Below are positions 41,511-55,315 of a stretch of 64,000 nucleotides of DNA, in pieces. Each line of letters starts with the position of its first letter. Positions within the stretch are counted from its first letter, which is position 1. A model generated the notes under the pieces. It was not told where the DNA came from. It saw only the letters and a program-made list of their open reading frames with translations, and made no database searches. A program made the position numbers and the translations under genes. The DNA comes from Eledone cirrhosa (taxonomy: Eukaryota): NCBI GenBank assembly GCA_964016885.1, contig OZ024742.1, positions 125,240,001 to 125,304,000 on the forward strand. Direction: 5' to 3'.

Positions 41511-42060
41511 TTGTTATACTTGGTGAGGGTCATATTTGTGTAATATTGCCAGAATTAATAACAGAACACACTCACTGTTTGGTTGGTATACATACACAAG
41601 CACAATAACAACAAACACATATAACCACACACTAGTAAAGATAGAATACATTAACCAATACACAGTGACCCAATCACGAACACACATCAAACAAAACACT
41701 ATACACACACGCAAACGCATGCGCAAAGAAGACAAAATAAAATAAACAAATAAATAAATATATAAACAGACTAAATAAAGATTGCGTAGAAAATAAAATG
41801 CAACGGGAGGAAACAATAGCACCACTGATGATGTTGCAGATGTGCAACGAAAGAACTTTGAGAAACTATATATATGTGTTTGTGTCTATATCGTATCTGT
41901 ATTTTTGACCGTTAGTCAGCAATGGCAACATTGAGGACCGAATAAATTAGATTACCGATATAAAAAACACAGAAGCGAAAAGCGAAAACGAACGAAACAG
42001 TGAGTGTGTTCTGTTATTAATTCTAGCAATATTACACAAATATGACCCTCCCCAACAATA
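41511..42060. mobile_element. Inverted-repeat element (~65-bp arms) enclosing an HHR motif
   Basis: Arms 41511-41580 and 41995-42060; internal CA-CTGATGA-T-GTTGCA-GATG-TGCAAC-GAAA-GAAC-TT|TG at 41823-41860. Confidence 0.65.
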
Positions 42061-42115
42061 TTTGTTTCGACACACGATTTCATATCAAAAACCTCGCAAA
42101 ACTAATTCATCGCCG

Positions 42116-42175
<60 letters not shown>

Positions 42176-42427
42176 ACATATATATATAAATATATATGTG
42201 TGTAACTATATATATTCATTAATTCCTCTCCCCCACCTTTCGTTGTCAACCCGTCCCTTTTTGCTTTCATTTTATTTCCGTTCTAGTACGTATATGAGTG
42301 AGTCTGTGTATGTGTATGTATTTGGATATTTTTCCCCCTCAATTTTTTGCCGTTATTTTATTTCAGCCTCATTTTCATTTATCCTATACTCTGTTTTCAA
42401 ATCCATATTACTACTTCATAAATAAAT

Positions 42428-42488
42428 ATTTTTCAGATGAATGAAGACAGACATAAATATCAGTCTTCAAGAAACCACTGTAAATGAA
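42428..42488 (+). ncRNA. Degenerate hammerhead at pseudo-LTR end
   Basis: CAGATGA-ATGAAGAC..GTCTTCAA-GAAA-CCACTG-TA|AATGAA; homologous to 32542-32602. Confidence 0.5.
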
Positions 42489-43321
42489 ATAATTATCTTA
42501 TGTTGTTTATTACATAACTATATATATATATATACAAAGTTTGCAAAATTTTGTAGTGCACTTAATCTGGGGGGTGAGTGGTGGTATACAGTATTGATTA
42601 CTCTAACAACTGGTTTTACTGATGCTGTCAATTCTTCAGTTCAATTATCATGGATTAGTTGTATTCCTTTTTTCCTATTTTCTACAGGTACTCTTTAAAA
42701 TAAGGTTAATATTTAGGGGTTAGACGCGTGTGAGAAGTATTTATGGGTAGTGAATCAACAAATAGTAGTAGCTAACTTAGGTGATTTAGTAGAGTCGGAA
42801 ATAGACAGTTGTTTTGAAAAAAATGTTCTTTTGAAAATTGTTCGGAAAACTATATAGCGTAAGGGATAATATAGGGAGAGATGTACAAGTGCAGGTGGCA
42901 ACCTCCCACGATTGGAAAGGTATGTTTAATCGGCTAGTACACGACCAGTGGTTGCCATCAACAAATGTGATAATTATTTTAGACTTGATGTGACTTACTT
43001 CTCATAGAATAAGAGTTAATCAACACGTGACTAATGTTAGTGAGTACGTTGGCGAGAAATTGCAAATTGCAAAATTGAATGTTCCGAAAGCACTCAAGCA
43101 GAGTGCTTCTGAAGAGAACAATGACAAAGTTGCAAACAATATATAAATGGAATCAGTATAAAGAAATAAAAACATTCAACTTACAATTCAAATGCAGGTC
43201 CATCGCTTTGGAGATTATATAAATAGGTATACAAAGTATTTATTTATAAACACTGTACTTTCCCAATTGTCAAGTACTTGATTGATCAGGCACTTGCTAG
43301 TCTAAACTGATAAGTACCAAT

Positions 43322-43398
<77 letters not shown>

Positions 43399-43998
43399 AA
43401 ATACATACTCGATAGAGAAAAATAGAGAGAGAGAGAGGGGGAGATCTGTTAAAATCTCAGTGAGGTACTTATATTCTATTCCACTTGATGAGGTGAATGT
43501 TATATCCTATTTTGTTTCCAGTTTCAAAGTACTAACGGTAGCATGCCTTGTATATATAAACCTAAACACAGCTCTGAAAAATAGAGAGGGGCATTTTTTG
43601 AAGGAGAGACGGACTGCATTAATATATTCAACCAACACATTATTGCTTCTAATACATTTATAAATTATGTATAGACCAATTGTCAAGTGAGTTACACAAT
43701 ATGTTAAAAGCTATTGTTTCTCGGAATCGTGCTAACAACTGACTCTCGAACAAATGAATATTTACGCGACGAGAACATTAGGGACACTCTGTATGTTATT
43801 ACACAAAATAGCTAGGAATAACTATAATCCAAATTTCTTGAAGTCATGTATTAATGATTTATTCGAAGGAAAGAAACTCTTGGCTAATGTCGTTTCAGAC
43901 GGACAGGATATTGTTGAATTTCGATTATAATATTAGGTTTACTTAATCAGGGTTTACATAGAAGTATCCACAAATAATATTGATGCGATATATACATA

Positions 43999-44102
<104 letters not shown>

Positions 44103-44113
44103 AATGTGTTTGC

Positions 44114-44146
<33 letters not shown>

Positions 44147-44160
44147 AATGTGTTTGCGTA

Positions 44161-44202
<42 letters not shown>

Positions 44203-44227
44203 AACAAACACACACACACACATATAA

Positions 44228-44265
<38 letters not shown>

Positions 44266-44269
<4 letters not shown>

Positions 44270-44552
44270 GTTTATCCCGGGTTCAATCGGAGATAACCAC
44301 AGTAAGTAAAGTACTCAATACATAGCAGAGTATAAATGTTTGATACAGAATATTTAATAAAGGCTTCCTGTTGATTTCTCCCGAATGAAACCTGTCTCGT
44401 CCTGTACCAGTCATTTCTATATCATATATATATATATTCGGAAGAAATCAACAGGAAGCCTATATTAAATATTCTATATCAAATATATATGCTCTGCTAT
44501 GTATTGAGTACTTTACTTACTGTGGTTATCTCCGATTGAACCCGGGATAAAC

Positions 44553-44556
<4 letters not shown>
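44266..44556. repeat. Palindrome (~120-bp arms, ~50-bp spacer) in (TA)n, directly 5' of a PLE
   Basis: Arms 44266-44386 and 44436-44556 are reverse complements with few mismatches. Confidence 0.85.
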
Positions 44557-44593
<37 letters not shown>

Positions 44594-44595
<2 letters not shown>

Positions 44596-47410
44596 CTACC
44601 TCAATGGTGGATTTTACCGCGACGATGCACTACTCCGTATAGACTATAACAAAGTTATTATAGAAAGAACTAGGAAACTATTGCATAAAATTTTCAAAAT
44701 TTCAACTTAATTATCACCTTAGACAAAAACACTAAACATGTTAACTTCCTTGACGCTACCCTTTGCCTAGACTCAAAATATATACACCCTTTCATAAACC
44801 TAAGGAAAAATTAATTTATGTGGATACCAAGTCTAACCACCCTAAATCCATATTAAACTCAATCACTAAAGGAATATCTAATAGAATCTCTAATCTATCA
44901 TATAACTAAACCATATTTAACAATAATTCCCAATACTATAATCAGGCATTAACTAAATCAGGCCATAAAAATGGGATTGAATTCCTACCTATAAAATGAC
45001 ATAGTTACAGCATTATTTCTCACAATATGGCCATGAGGAAAAATAATAAGAGTACTAGCCACTCTTACTCTAATACGAAGGTAATATCAAACATAACTCG
45101 CACCAAAGTAAACACCACAATAATATTATAAACAGAAATACCTCGATAGATATTACAAAAAACAAAAATAGAAGAAGAAATAATACATTCTTCAATCCTC
45201 CTTTCGATCTAAACGTCTCTACCAACTTACCTAAGGCTTTCTTCTCAATCCTAGAAAAGAACTTCCCATCTGGCCACAAATACCATAATCTTATAAATAA
45301 AAACACCATTAAAATCTCTTACTCTACCACACCTAACATAACATACCATATAGCTAGTAGTAATAAAAGGAAAATTAATAATTATTTCCAACTAATTAAA
45401 ACACAGCAGGAGGTAAACTTACAGAACAACATAATAACTACAAACCCTAGTAGCAATAGTAATAATAGTAACAACACTAATTAAATCAATAACAATAGGA
45501 ACGACAACCATCATTACCCTAATGCTATCCATAACAACCAGACTTCTACACAACATAATAACCGGCAAGATAACATCCAAAATAAATATAACTGTAGATC
45601 AAATAGAACTTGCCCATTAAGTAATAATTGCTTAATCAAAGACATCATTTGCTCCTGCACGGTCAACACAAACAACTCTTCTAAAACACATATTGGCTCT
45701 ACTTCGAACTGCTTCAAGACGAGATACAACTCGGACCTCCACTCTTTCCACAATCTGGCCAACCCCACTTCACTATCTAGCTACATACCCTCTCTGAAAA
45801 CTAGGAATAGAACATATACACTTCAATGGGAAATAGTAGGTAGGGCTACATCGTATAAACGACCGAATAAATGTTGTAACCACTGCCTTCTAGAGACCCA
45901 TACTATAATATTCTCGAAACTAAACCTTCTAAATAAAATGTCAGAGATGTTTTCCTCGTGCCAACACCATTACCGACACTCATTCGATAGGTTTAAACCT
46001 AGCCGCTAGTATTTAACAATGTCAGATTTGAATTCACCACCACCATTAACACTTCACCTCGAAGACTTTTCTTCCCCCACAGCATCACATTCTTTGTTCT
46101 GTTCTTTCCTCTACACATATCCTATTTATCTCTAACATTATACTCTAGAAATAAACATCTAGTCACCATCTTATAATATAAATACTTTAGATTACTTATA
46201 ATATATACAGTAATTGAAATATAATATATGTATAAACGTTAAATGTAATATGCGACAATGAATTATATATACATTTATAATTAAATATATATATAATAAA
46301 TTGTATATAAAAGATTAATTTATTAACATATGGGATTTATCTAATTTAACATGTAAACTGCTATACATTATTCCATATCTTGCCTAATATTGGGTAGATA
46401 ACAATCTAATGAAACATTTAATATATTATGAGAAAGTAGACTGTAATTAAAATTAAATATAAATATATGACATTTTGTATAAGGGATTCAATTGTGGCAC
46501 TATATAATGTCTATTAAAGCTAAGAATTTTAATATTATAATGAGCTAGTTACCTCCCCTTACGCATTAGCTCCCCTTAATTCCATATCCACTTCCGGATA
46601 TTAAACCGTTGTAAAATCTCACTGTAGAATAACTCTAATCCATGAATATGAATACAATAAGACCAAGTTACAATCCATTGCTATAACTAACTAAAAACAT
46701 TCAATATAAACATTAACTAAAATATAACTTAACATAATGGATGGGAAATCTGTAACTTTCATATTCTACACAAATACAAATTTGAACTCTACAGAAACTA
46801 TCCTCGCATTACATCCTCCATAATACACTAATATATTCGCTTAAAGTGCTTGTATTTGTGTAATACCTTGCCATACAGTACTCATATGTGCCTAATACAT
46901 TTGCCTGTTTCCTTCCCATATATATGACTAACGCATGTAAAATCTCTACACGCTTCCTCAATGCCTCTTTAATTATTAGACTATTCTCTTGTATTATCTG
47001 TCGCATGTATTCCACTCTGTGCTTTTAATTTTAATTTTAATCTCAATTTGAATTATTGTACAATTCTCGTATAATATATGTCGCATCCATTACACTCTGT
47101 ATATACTAAACTGTTGTTCACAACATCAATATATATGTATCTATATGATTCTTCAGTTGAATAGGAGGTTAATTATATGTACAAACATTGATAATGCTCC
47201 GATGACTCCAAACTAAAATTTGGAAGATACAATTGTCAGGGATTAAATGATTTGAACATAACTTTTATACTTGTGTATTTTATATTCCTGCTCTGTAAAA
47301 CACCTGATGTTCTTACATTGAGCTATTTCTCTTACTGGTAATAAGGTGGTAATAAGTTACTGACCTTTCCTGTTTATAGTTGTTTATAGCATAGTATATA
47401 CATAACTATA
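44594..47410 (+). mobile_element. PLE (Naiad-like), 5'-truncated and decayed, with long 3' tail
   Basis: Remnants GGFYRDDAL, VNFLDATL, SNHPKSILNSI, FFNPPFD, CPL..NCL, HIGSTSNCFKTRY, CNHCLLE to ~46010; homologous to 56559-59095. Tail has the HHR remnant GCT-CCGATGA..GATA-CAATTG-TC|AG at 47196-47240. Confidence 0.85.
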
Positions 47411-48167
47411 AATAGTATCTTTATTATTATATATATATATACATAAAAGGAGCAGGCAGAAAGTATCAATATAGCATCATTATGTTTATTCACTCAGCTC
47501 AAGATACGATCAGTATTGATCGTAACTGTCTCTACAATTGATCTGATAGATCGCGAAACGCCGCCACATAATGGCATTGAGTGCTCAAACCGAAAAATAA
47601 TATATATATATATGTGTGTATATGTGTGCCTATGTATGTGTGAGTATGTAGATGAGTATGTGCGCTTATATTGCTTCTCCCTCATCAATTAACCTTGCAA
47701 ATATTCCCTGATCGAATAACAGCACCACGTGAACCGTTAGGACATCGAAACTAGGCTATGATTTCGGAGAGTCCTTCACGACTAAACGCTTTTGTTCAGG
47801 AAAGATACGTTATTGTGTAGAAATTTCATTTCTATTTTCAACAAGACTAACTCTGGGTGCTGCAAAATCATGTTTATTTCACCGATTCTCAGGAAGAAGG
47901 CTATGTTCAAGATGGTGATTTAACCTGTTAAAAATATGCATGAGAGCTCATCACTGCACTGATTAAATCCTATACCCGAATAAAAGATGGACTGACAATG
48001 TTCCAAACGCCCTTTGATCATATGTCCCTCTGCCAACCTATGGATGATTACGGTCTATAATGTGAAAAGAAATGAAACAAACCATAGTACAACACCGAAT
48101 AATTTGTGTGTATATTATGCAGTCTATCTCAACGGTCGATGTTAATTTTCCTAAGTATATAAATATA

Positions 48168-48246
<79 letters not shown>

Positions 48247-48560
48247 CTTTTTAAAAAGTAATCGCTCCACATGGGTGAATACAAAAAACGTAATCTGAGT
48301 TTTTCGAATATTAATAATAATATTCGATTCGTTTGTTTGCAATTGTGTAAACAGCCTCTTTTTAAGCCATGTCAGTATATATATATATATATATATATAT
48401 AATTTAGACACAACCATAATAGGCAAAGATATATTTCAAAGCTCAAATGGGATTTTATAGTTTTCAGCAAGAAATGTAAACGTCAGTTAAGAGTTTAATC
48501 CAACCACTTAATTTCCAATCACTACAGTTTTACACATCACAGAGCATGAACTAAGTAGCT

Positions 48561-48793
48561 TTAAATTAGATTAAATTATTTAATTGTGCTACGAACGTTT
48601 CTATCAATACATCTGCTCTGTACTGATTTCTTTAGAATCCATTCGAATTGAAGACGCATGATATCGAAGGTAAATATGTTTTTGTTTTTTTCATTTTTGA
48701 ATGGATTCTGAAGAAATCAGTACATAGAAGAATGAATCTTGTTGTATTGATAGAAACGTTCGTAAATCAATTAAATAATTTAATGTAATTTAA
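48561..48793. mobile_element. Palindromic pseudo-LTR element with hammerhead
   Basis: Inverted arms. Plus HHR GATT-CTGAAGA-AATCAGTACA..TGTATTGATA-GAAA-CGTTCG-TA|AATC at 48704-48768; the mirror copy has CTAAAGA. Confidence 0.75.
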
Positions 48794-48809
48794 TCCTGGT
48801 TATTCTATT

Positions 48810-48857
<48 letters not shown>

Positions 48858-48924
48858 TTAAAATGTTCACTCCTGCACAGGTCTACCACGTATGTGAATT
48901 TTCCCACATCTAATAATATACAGC

Positions 48925-49329
48925 ATGTTTACGAATAAACATTCGGAATGCCTTCTAGCTATGAATATTGAAAATCTGACGGCTGGTGCCGTCTGCCGGA
49001 TTTCATCAAATGTAATGGGGGACAACTTCTAACCATTTTCTTGCCCTGGTCGGCATCATTACTGGGCTTTCCATGCTCTCTCTTGGAATTTGAAACGGGC
49101 CAAAATGTTTAGGTCTTTCGCCAATGTAGATGGGCTGATTAGCCTCATTTCCATGGTCGGTTTCAAATCCCAGCAGAAAACGGGAGGCACTGTCCTGATA
49201 AAGACCAGAGCCAGAAACACGTTGGCAGTTGTCCCCCGTTACTGCTGCTGGTATCGACTAGACTGTGCTAGCTGTCAGTTTTTCAATATTCATAGGTAGA
49301 AGGTTTTCCAAAAGTTTATTCGTAAACAT
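48925..49329. mobile_element. Inverted-repeat element (~70-bp arms) enclosing a degenerate HHR
   Basis: Arms 48925-48994 and 49260-49329; ACTGTC-CTGATAA-..-GAAA-CACG-TT|GGCAGT at 49189-49229 (G8>A). Confidence 0.6.
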
Positions 49330-49887
49330 ACAATATATATATATATTGTGTTTGTTTAATAACATCTGGTTGAGAGCTTCATTCTGAATGTTAGCGGAAA
49401 TTATAATATTTCCTTTGTTTAACACTTCGAATCTACCAGCCAAAACCGAGGGTTGCTTCCCTTGTTAGAAATAACACGTGATCACTAAATGTGCGTTCAG
49501 CTCGCTCATAGCGGCAGCATTTAAAATCCACCTCGCTTTTGGACAGAACGGAACTCCTGTTGATGAAATGAATCCTCTGTTCGATCATGGAATACCACGA
49601 GCGTGCTTGTTACGTAAGTCGGATATTTGATTTCGGTTTCACAGAAACACTTTAAATGTATATCGTTTCATCAGTCCAGGTGTATCATTTTTAACCTGTT
49701 AGTTTTTCTTTGCTCTGGTATTGTGTGTTAGGTTTAGCCTACCACAATGTTCAATTTGTCAAGCTATTTAAACGTATGTTGTTACTATAAGGACCTACCC
49801 TTATCGAGTGCTTTGCTAACTCATTCTTATTGTAGGTCGACTTTGCTTGCCCACAGCCAAAGCTTCCATTTTACTAAGCTTCCACAC

Positions 49888-49962
<75 letters not shown>

Positions 49963-50047
49963 AGATATGGCTTCTTGAGGACTAGAACAGTTTCATTCGG
50001 GGTAAATTATCATGAATGTTTTACTCCTGTAGAAGCCATTTCTATAT

Positions 50048-50142
<95 letters not shown>

Positions 50143-50145
<3 letters not shown>

Positions 50146-53100
50146 GTATAATGTATAATAAACAATACAATATAATTACCTCATTACCAGAGATTTCCCG
50201 AATAAGACAAATACGAAAACCGTCCTCATTCGTTCGTCGGACAAGGCAATTTAAAACGTAGTGAAATTTAAAAAGTCTCCTCAAGAAATGCAAGAGTTTA
50301 ACGGGCAAAAAATATATAAATAAAAGTAATGCAAGAGATATATAAAAAAATAACGAAATATAGTTAGGGTATGTGTATATGTATGTATATACACTCACAA
50401 ATGTACATATGTGTGTATGTACAAATGCATGTGTATGGTGAAAATGTGTGCGTAAGTACATATATGAGGGCAAGTATATCTGTGTATATGTGACCACAAA
50501 TACGTATATAATATGAGTTGAAAAAGAAATTGTAAGATAATATAGTTAAAACGCATCCAGATACAGGTCTTAAATACACATACGAGTATGAAAGCACGCG
50601 TATAAACACACACACGCGCGGTCACTTATATGCGGAAGATAAAGAGGGAAGGGGGTCTAATAGTAAAAAGAAGTGTCATTCTCGATATATGTATAAAAAT
50701 GAAACAATATATGAGAATGAAAAACATTTTTAAATCAAAGAGAAAGTAATCAATTAACACTAGAGAAAAGAAAACAAACATAGGTACGCACGTACACACA
50801 CATATGTATATATATAAATACGTACAGACAAAATATATATATATAAATACGTACAGACAAAAGCGCATGCATGCGTACATACGTACACACGAGGCACGTA
50901 TATATATATATATATATCGCCACATATATATCTAATTACACGTACGTACGCGACTATATATATACATATATACATACACACCCATACATACATATACATA
51001 TACACACATATACATACACGTACACATCCATTCACGCGCATACACACACACCTACAAATAAGTATGTAAAAAACATAGATATAAAAATAAAACATAGATA
51101 TAAAAACACACATACACACACATATATATACGTACGCACGCACACATACGGAGGCGTTCGTATACATATACAGAACGTATACTCACATAAGCACACCCAC
51201 ACACATAGATACAGATTATAAACCAGCCGTATGAATAAATTACTACAAATATAAAATCGGCTGCGAAACAACAGAACATATCTGGAGTGGAAAACGCAAG
51301 TGACATATTTTATCAGGTAGTGAAAGAAAATGGGGAAGTGAAATGTGGAATGTGAAGATATTAGGTAAGTGAATCGAAAAGTAGGGGGGCGGATTACTGG
51401 TGGATGTGAAGTAAAAATAAAAATAAAATTAAAAATAAAGTTAAAAATGAAAGTAAATCAGAAAGAGAAGTCTGTAAAGAGGATAATTTAAGGAAAGTAA
51501 AGAATAAGAGTTTATGGAGGATAAGTATCTGAAAGTGAGTTAAGTTTATATGAGTTGGAAAGCAAGTGTGATTTTATGTGTGGGCAACTGGTGAAAATTT
51601 CTGTTTTTGTATTTAGGCAGGCTTTTGGTGATTTAAGGTTCTGTAAAATCCAATATTTTTCACTTATGCAGAGTGTGCATCTTCTTGTTCCTTTTGCATA
51701 TTCTTAAGATTGGTTCAAAATTGACCAATCCAATTTATATTCGATACCTTGGTCTTTCAAATTCCATATTCTGCTAGCCAGACCTGTTGTCAATCTTTTT
51801 TCTTGATGTCGGAAAGAGGCGACATGTGAGTAATAAACGTTTTGAATTTGTCTTGTGTCATACCCACATATCGTTCGCTGGTGGCTGGTTGGTTGTTGCT
51901 GATGGTTGTCACTTTAGCCGCATATACAATGGCTTTGGTGTTGCATTTACCTTCTAATGGGCATTCACTTTTGACTCTACAGGGGCAATTTTGATGTTCT
52001 CTGAGTGATTTCTTATTGATAATATAAGATTTAATAGGGGGACCGCAGGAGTAACTAATTTTGACACAGTTTTTATTGAAGATCTTATAGTATCTATGTT
52101 TTCTAGGGAAATGTTTATCTAAGAGCTCTAGGAATGTTTTGCCTACATTAGTTTTAACTGCTAGTGAGTAGTGGGGTGTGAACCAGATTATTTTCTATTC
52201 CTATTATTATGTTTAAAAGAGTTAGTATTGTTGGGTATGAACTTAATCGGTTTGCTAAATCCGCTATTTTGAAGGGCTTTATTATAGTAGTGGAATGCCT
52301 TATTGGAAATAGCTTCTGAGGAAGAGAGGGTGGAGATCCTACGGCTAATATTAGGGATAAGGTTTTTAAAAACTATAGGAGGATGGCAAGAGCCTTTATT
52401 TATATATTTTAAATTTTCATTAGTTTTATGGAATGGTTTATAAGAAGCAGTAGGCAGATCTAGGTTTATATCTAGAAAATTAACATAGGAAAGATAGTGT
52501 CAATAGTAATTTTAAGATTAAAACTAGCGAAGGTTTTTATTAAGTCTTTCCTTAATCTATGGTGGTATGGGAAAGTATTAGACCATCGTCGCGATAAAGC
52601 CCCAAAATATGGTTAGGGAATGTTTCTTTAAGTGTGTGTAGGAAGAATAGGCCGACTAAATCACAAACATCAGCACTGTCAAAAGAACCCATTGAGACAT
52701 CGAATGGGTTCTCTGGGTTAGATATTTTTACCCAAGTGTCATTATCAGTAAAGAGTAGAGTGTTTCTAGCATGCAAGATGACATTCTCTTCAATATCAGA
52801 AATATTGGTAAACTTTCTAGCGAAATTTAAGACTTTCGCTAAAAGAGTCTGAGTGATAGACGGGTAGAAATCTACAATGTCAAATTGGGTGAATCTAGAA
52901 CTATTTTTATCTTTAATATTATTAAAGCAATGTACTACGGAAGAGCTATTTATCCATTGGAGTAATTTAGACTTACTTCTAATCTCTGTGTTTATATTAT
53001 TTAAAAAATTGTTGCTGGCAAGAACGATATCAGGCTTAGCAGGGTTCATTAATCTACAACTAGGACGATTAATAAAGTTGGGTTTGTGATCTTTAAGGGT

Positions 53101-54628
53101 CATATATGCATTACGTTTTGCAAATCACCAAAAACCTGCCTAAATACAAAAACAGAAATGTTCACCATTTGCCCACACATGAAATCACACTTGCTTTCCA
53201 ACTATTATAAACTTAACTCACTTTCAGATACTTATCCTCAATAAACTCTTATTCTTCACTTTCCTTAAATTATCCTCTTTACAGACTTCTCTTTCTGATT
53301 TAATTTCATTTTTAACTTTATTTTTAATTTTATTTTTATTTTTACTTCACATCCACCAGTAACCCCCCCCCCCCTACTTTTCGATTCACTTACCTAATAT
53401 CTTCACATTCCACATTTCACTTCCCCATTTTCTTTCACTACCTGATATCACGTGTCACTTGCGTTTTCCGCTCCGGATATAGTCTGTTGTTTCGCAGCCG
53501 ATTTTATATTGGTAGTCATTTATTCATACGGCTGGTTTATAATCTGTATCTATGTGTGTGGGTGTGCTTATGTGAGTATACGTTCTGTATATATATACGA
53601 ACGCCTCCGTATGTGTGCGTGCGTACCTATATATATATATGTGTGTGTATGTGTGTTTTTATATCTATGTTTTATTTTTATATCTATGTTGTTTACATAC
53701 TTATTTATACGTGTGTGTGTATGCGGGTGAATGTATGTGTATGTGTATGTATATGTGTGTATATGTATGTATGGATGTGTATGTATATATGTATATATAT
53801 ATATATAGTCGCGTACGTACGTGTACTTAGATATACATGTGGCGATATATATATATATACGTGCCTCGTCTGTACGTATGTACGCATGCATGCGCTTTTG
53901 TCTGTACGTATTTGTGTGTATAAATATTTGTCTGTACGTATTTGTGTGTATGTATATTGGTATATATATATGTGTGTGTACGTGCGTACCTATGTTTGTT
54001 TTCTTTTCTCTAGTTTTAATTGATTATTTTCTCTTTGATTTAAACATTTTTTTCATTCTCATATATTGTTTCATTTTTATACATATATCGAGAATGACAC
54101 TTCTTTTTACAATTACACTCCTTCTCTCGTTATCTTCCGCATATAAGTGACCACGCGTGTGTGTGTGTTTATACGCGTGCTTTCATACTCGTATGTGTAT
54201 TTAATACCTGTATCTGGATGCATGTTAACTATATTATCTTACAATTTCTTTTTCAACTCATATTATATACGGATTTGTGGTCACATATACACAAATATAC
54301 TTGCCCTCATATATGTACTTACGCATACATTTTCACCATACACATGCATTTGTACATACACACATATGTACATTTGTGAGTGTATATACATTCATATACA
54401 CATACCCTAACTATATTTCGTTATTTTTGTATATATCTCTTGCATTACTTTTATTTATATATTTTTTGCCCGTTAAACTCTTGCTTTTCTTGAGGAGACT
54501 TCCCAAATATTTCACTATGTTATAAATTGCCTTGTCCGACGAACGAATGAGGACGTTTTTCGTATTTGTCTTATTAGGGAAACCTCTGGTAATGAGGTAA
54601 TTATATTGTATTATTTATTATACATTAC
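50143..54628 (-). mobile_element. PLE (Naiad-like), 5'-truncated RT + GIY-YIG (~51560-53115), bracketed by ~1.5-kb inverted copies of its 3' end
   Basis: TLKDHKPNF..CRLMNPAK, QFDIVDFYPSI, SMGSFDSADVCDLVG, GLYRDDGL, then WFTPHYS, CPLEGKC, YVGMTQDKFK, CTLC. 53122-54628 is the reverse complement of 50143-51634. Confidence 0.92.
54527..54600 (+). ncRNA. Hammerhead, CCGACGA core variant (mirror copy 50176-50249 on minus)
   Basis: TTGCCTTGT-CCGACGA-ACGAATGAGGAC..GTCTTATTAGG-GAAA-CCTCTGG-TA|ATGAGGTAA; 9-bp stem I with G-U pairs. Confidence 0.65.
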
Positions 54629-54700
54629 ATTTTGCTCTGATACTTACATAAGCACACTTCACTCCTATGACTCTTTCAATTTTCAACGGAAACTTCAATA

Positions 54701-54798
<98 letters not shown>

Positions 54799-54915
54799 TA
54801 TATATAGATATATATATATATATATATGCAAAAGTTCTATTTAAAATTGTTGGGATACAACAAGTAAATATTTTATAACTGATATAAAGCACTCGACAAG
54901 TTTTTGGAGTAGATA

Positions 54916-55271
54916 TACGATATTAATAAATGGAGACTATATTTATAAAACCATATTTATTTCATTATACATATTTCAGGGATACCAAATTAAAATATGG
55001 TATGCCTTCATCAGACAAAATACAATATATAAACAGTTTTATAAATAATGACGACGTACCCTATTAAATGCAACCATTATTTTTGGAAGCTGCCAGACAG
55101 CTTCCAAAAATAATGGTTGCATTTAATAGGGTATGTCAAAATTATTTATAAAACTGTTTATATATTGTATTTTGTCTGATGAAGGCATACCATATTTTAA
55201 TTTGGTATCCCTGAAATATGTATAATGAAATAAATATGGTTTTATAAATATAGTTTCCATTTATTAATATC

Positions 55272-55274
<3 letters not shown>
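54916..55274. mobile_element. Near-perfect ORF-less palindrome (~177-bp arms, 5-nt loop) with intact hammerheads on both strands
   Basis: Centre GCTG-CCAGA-CAGC at 55089-55101. Plus HHR TATTTTGT-CTGATGA-AGGCATACCA..TGGTATCCCT-GAAA-TATGTA-TA|ATGAAATA at 55168-55232; identical mirror at 54958-55022. Confidence 0.85.
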
Positions 55275-55315
<41 letters not shown>

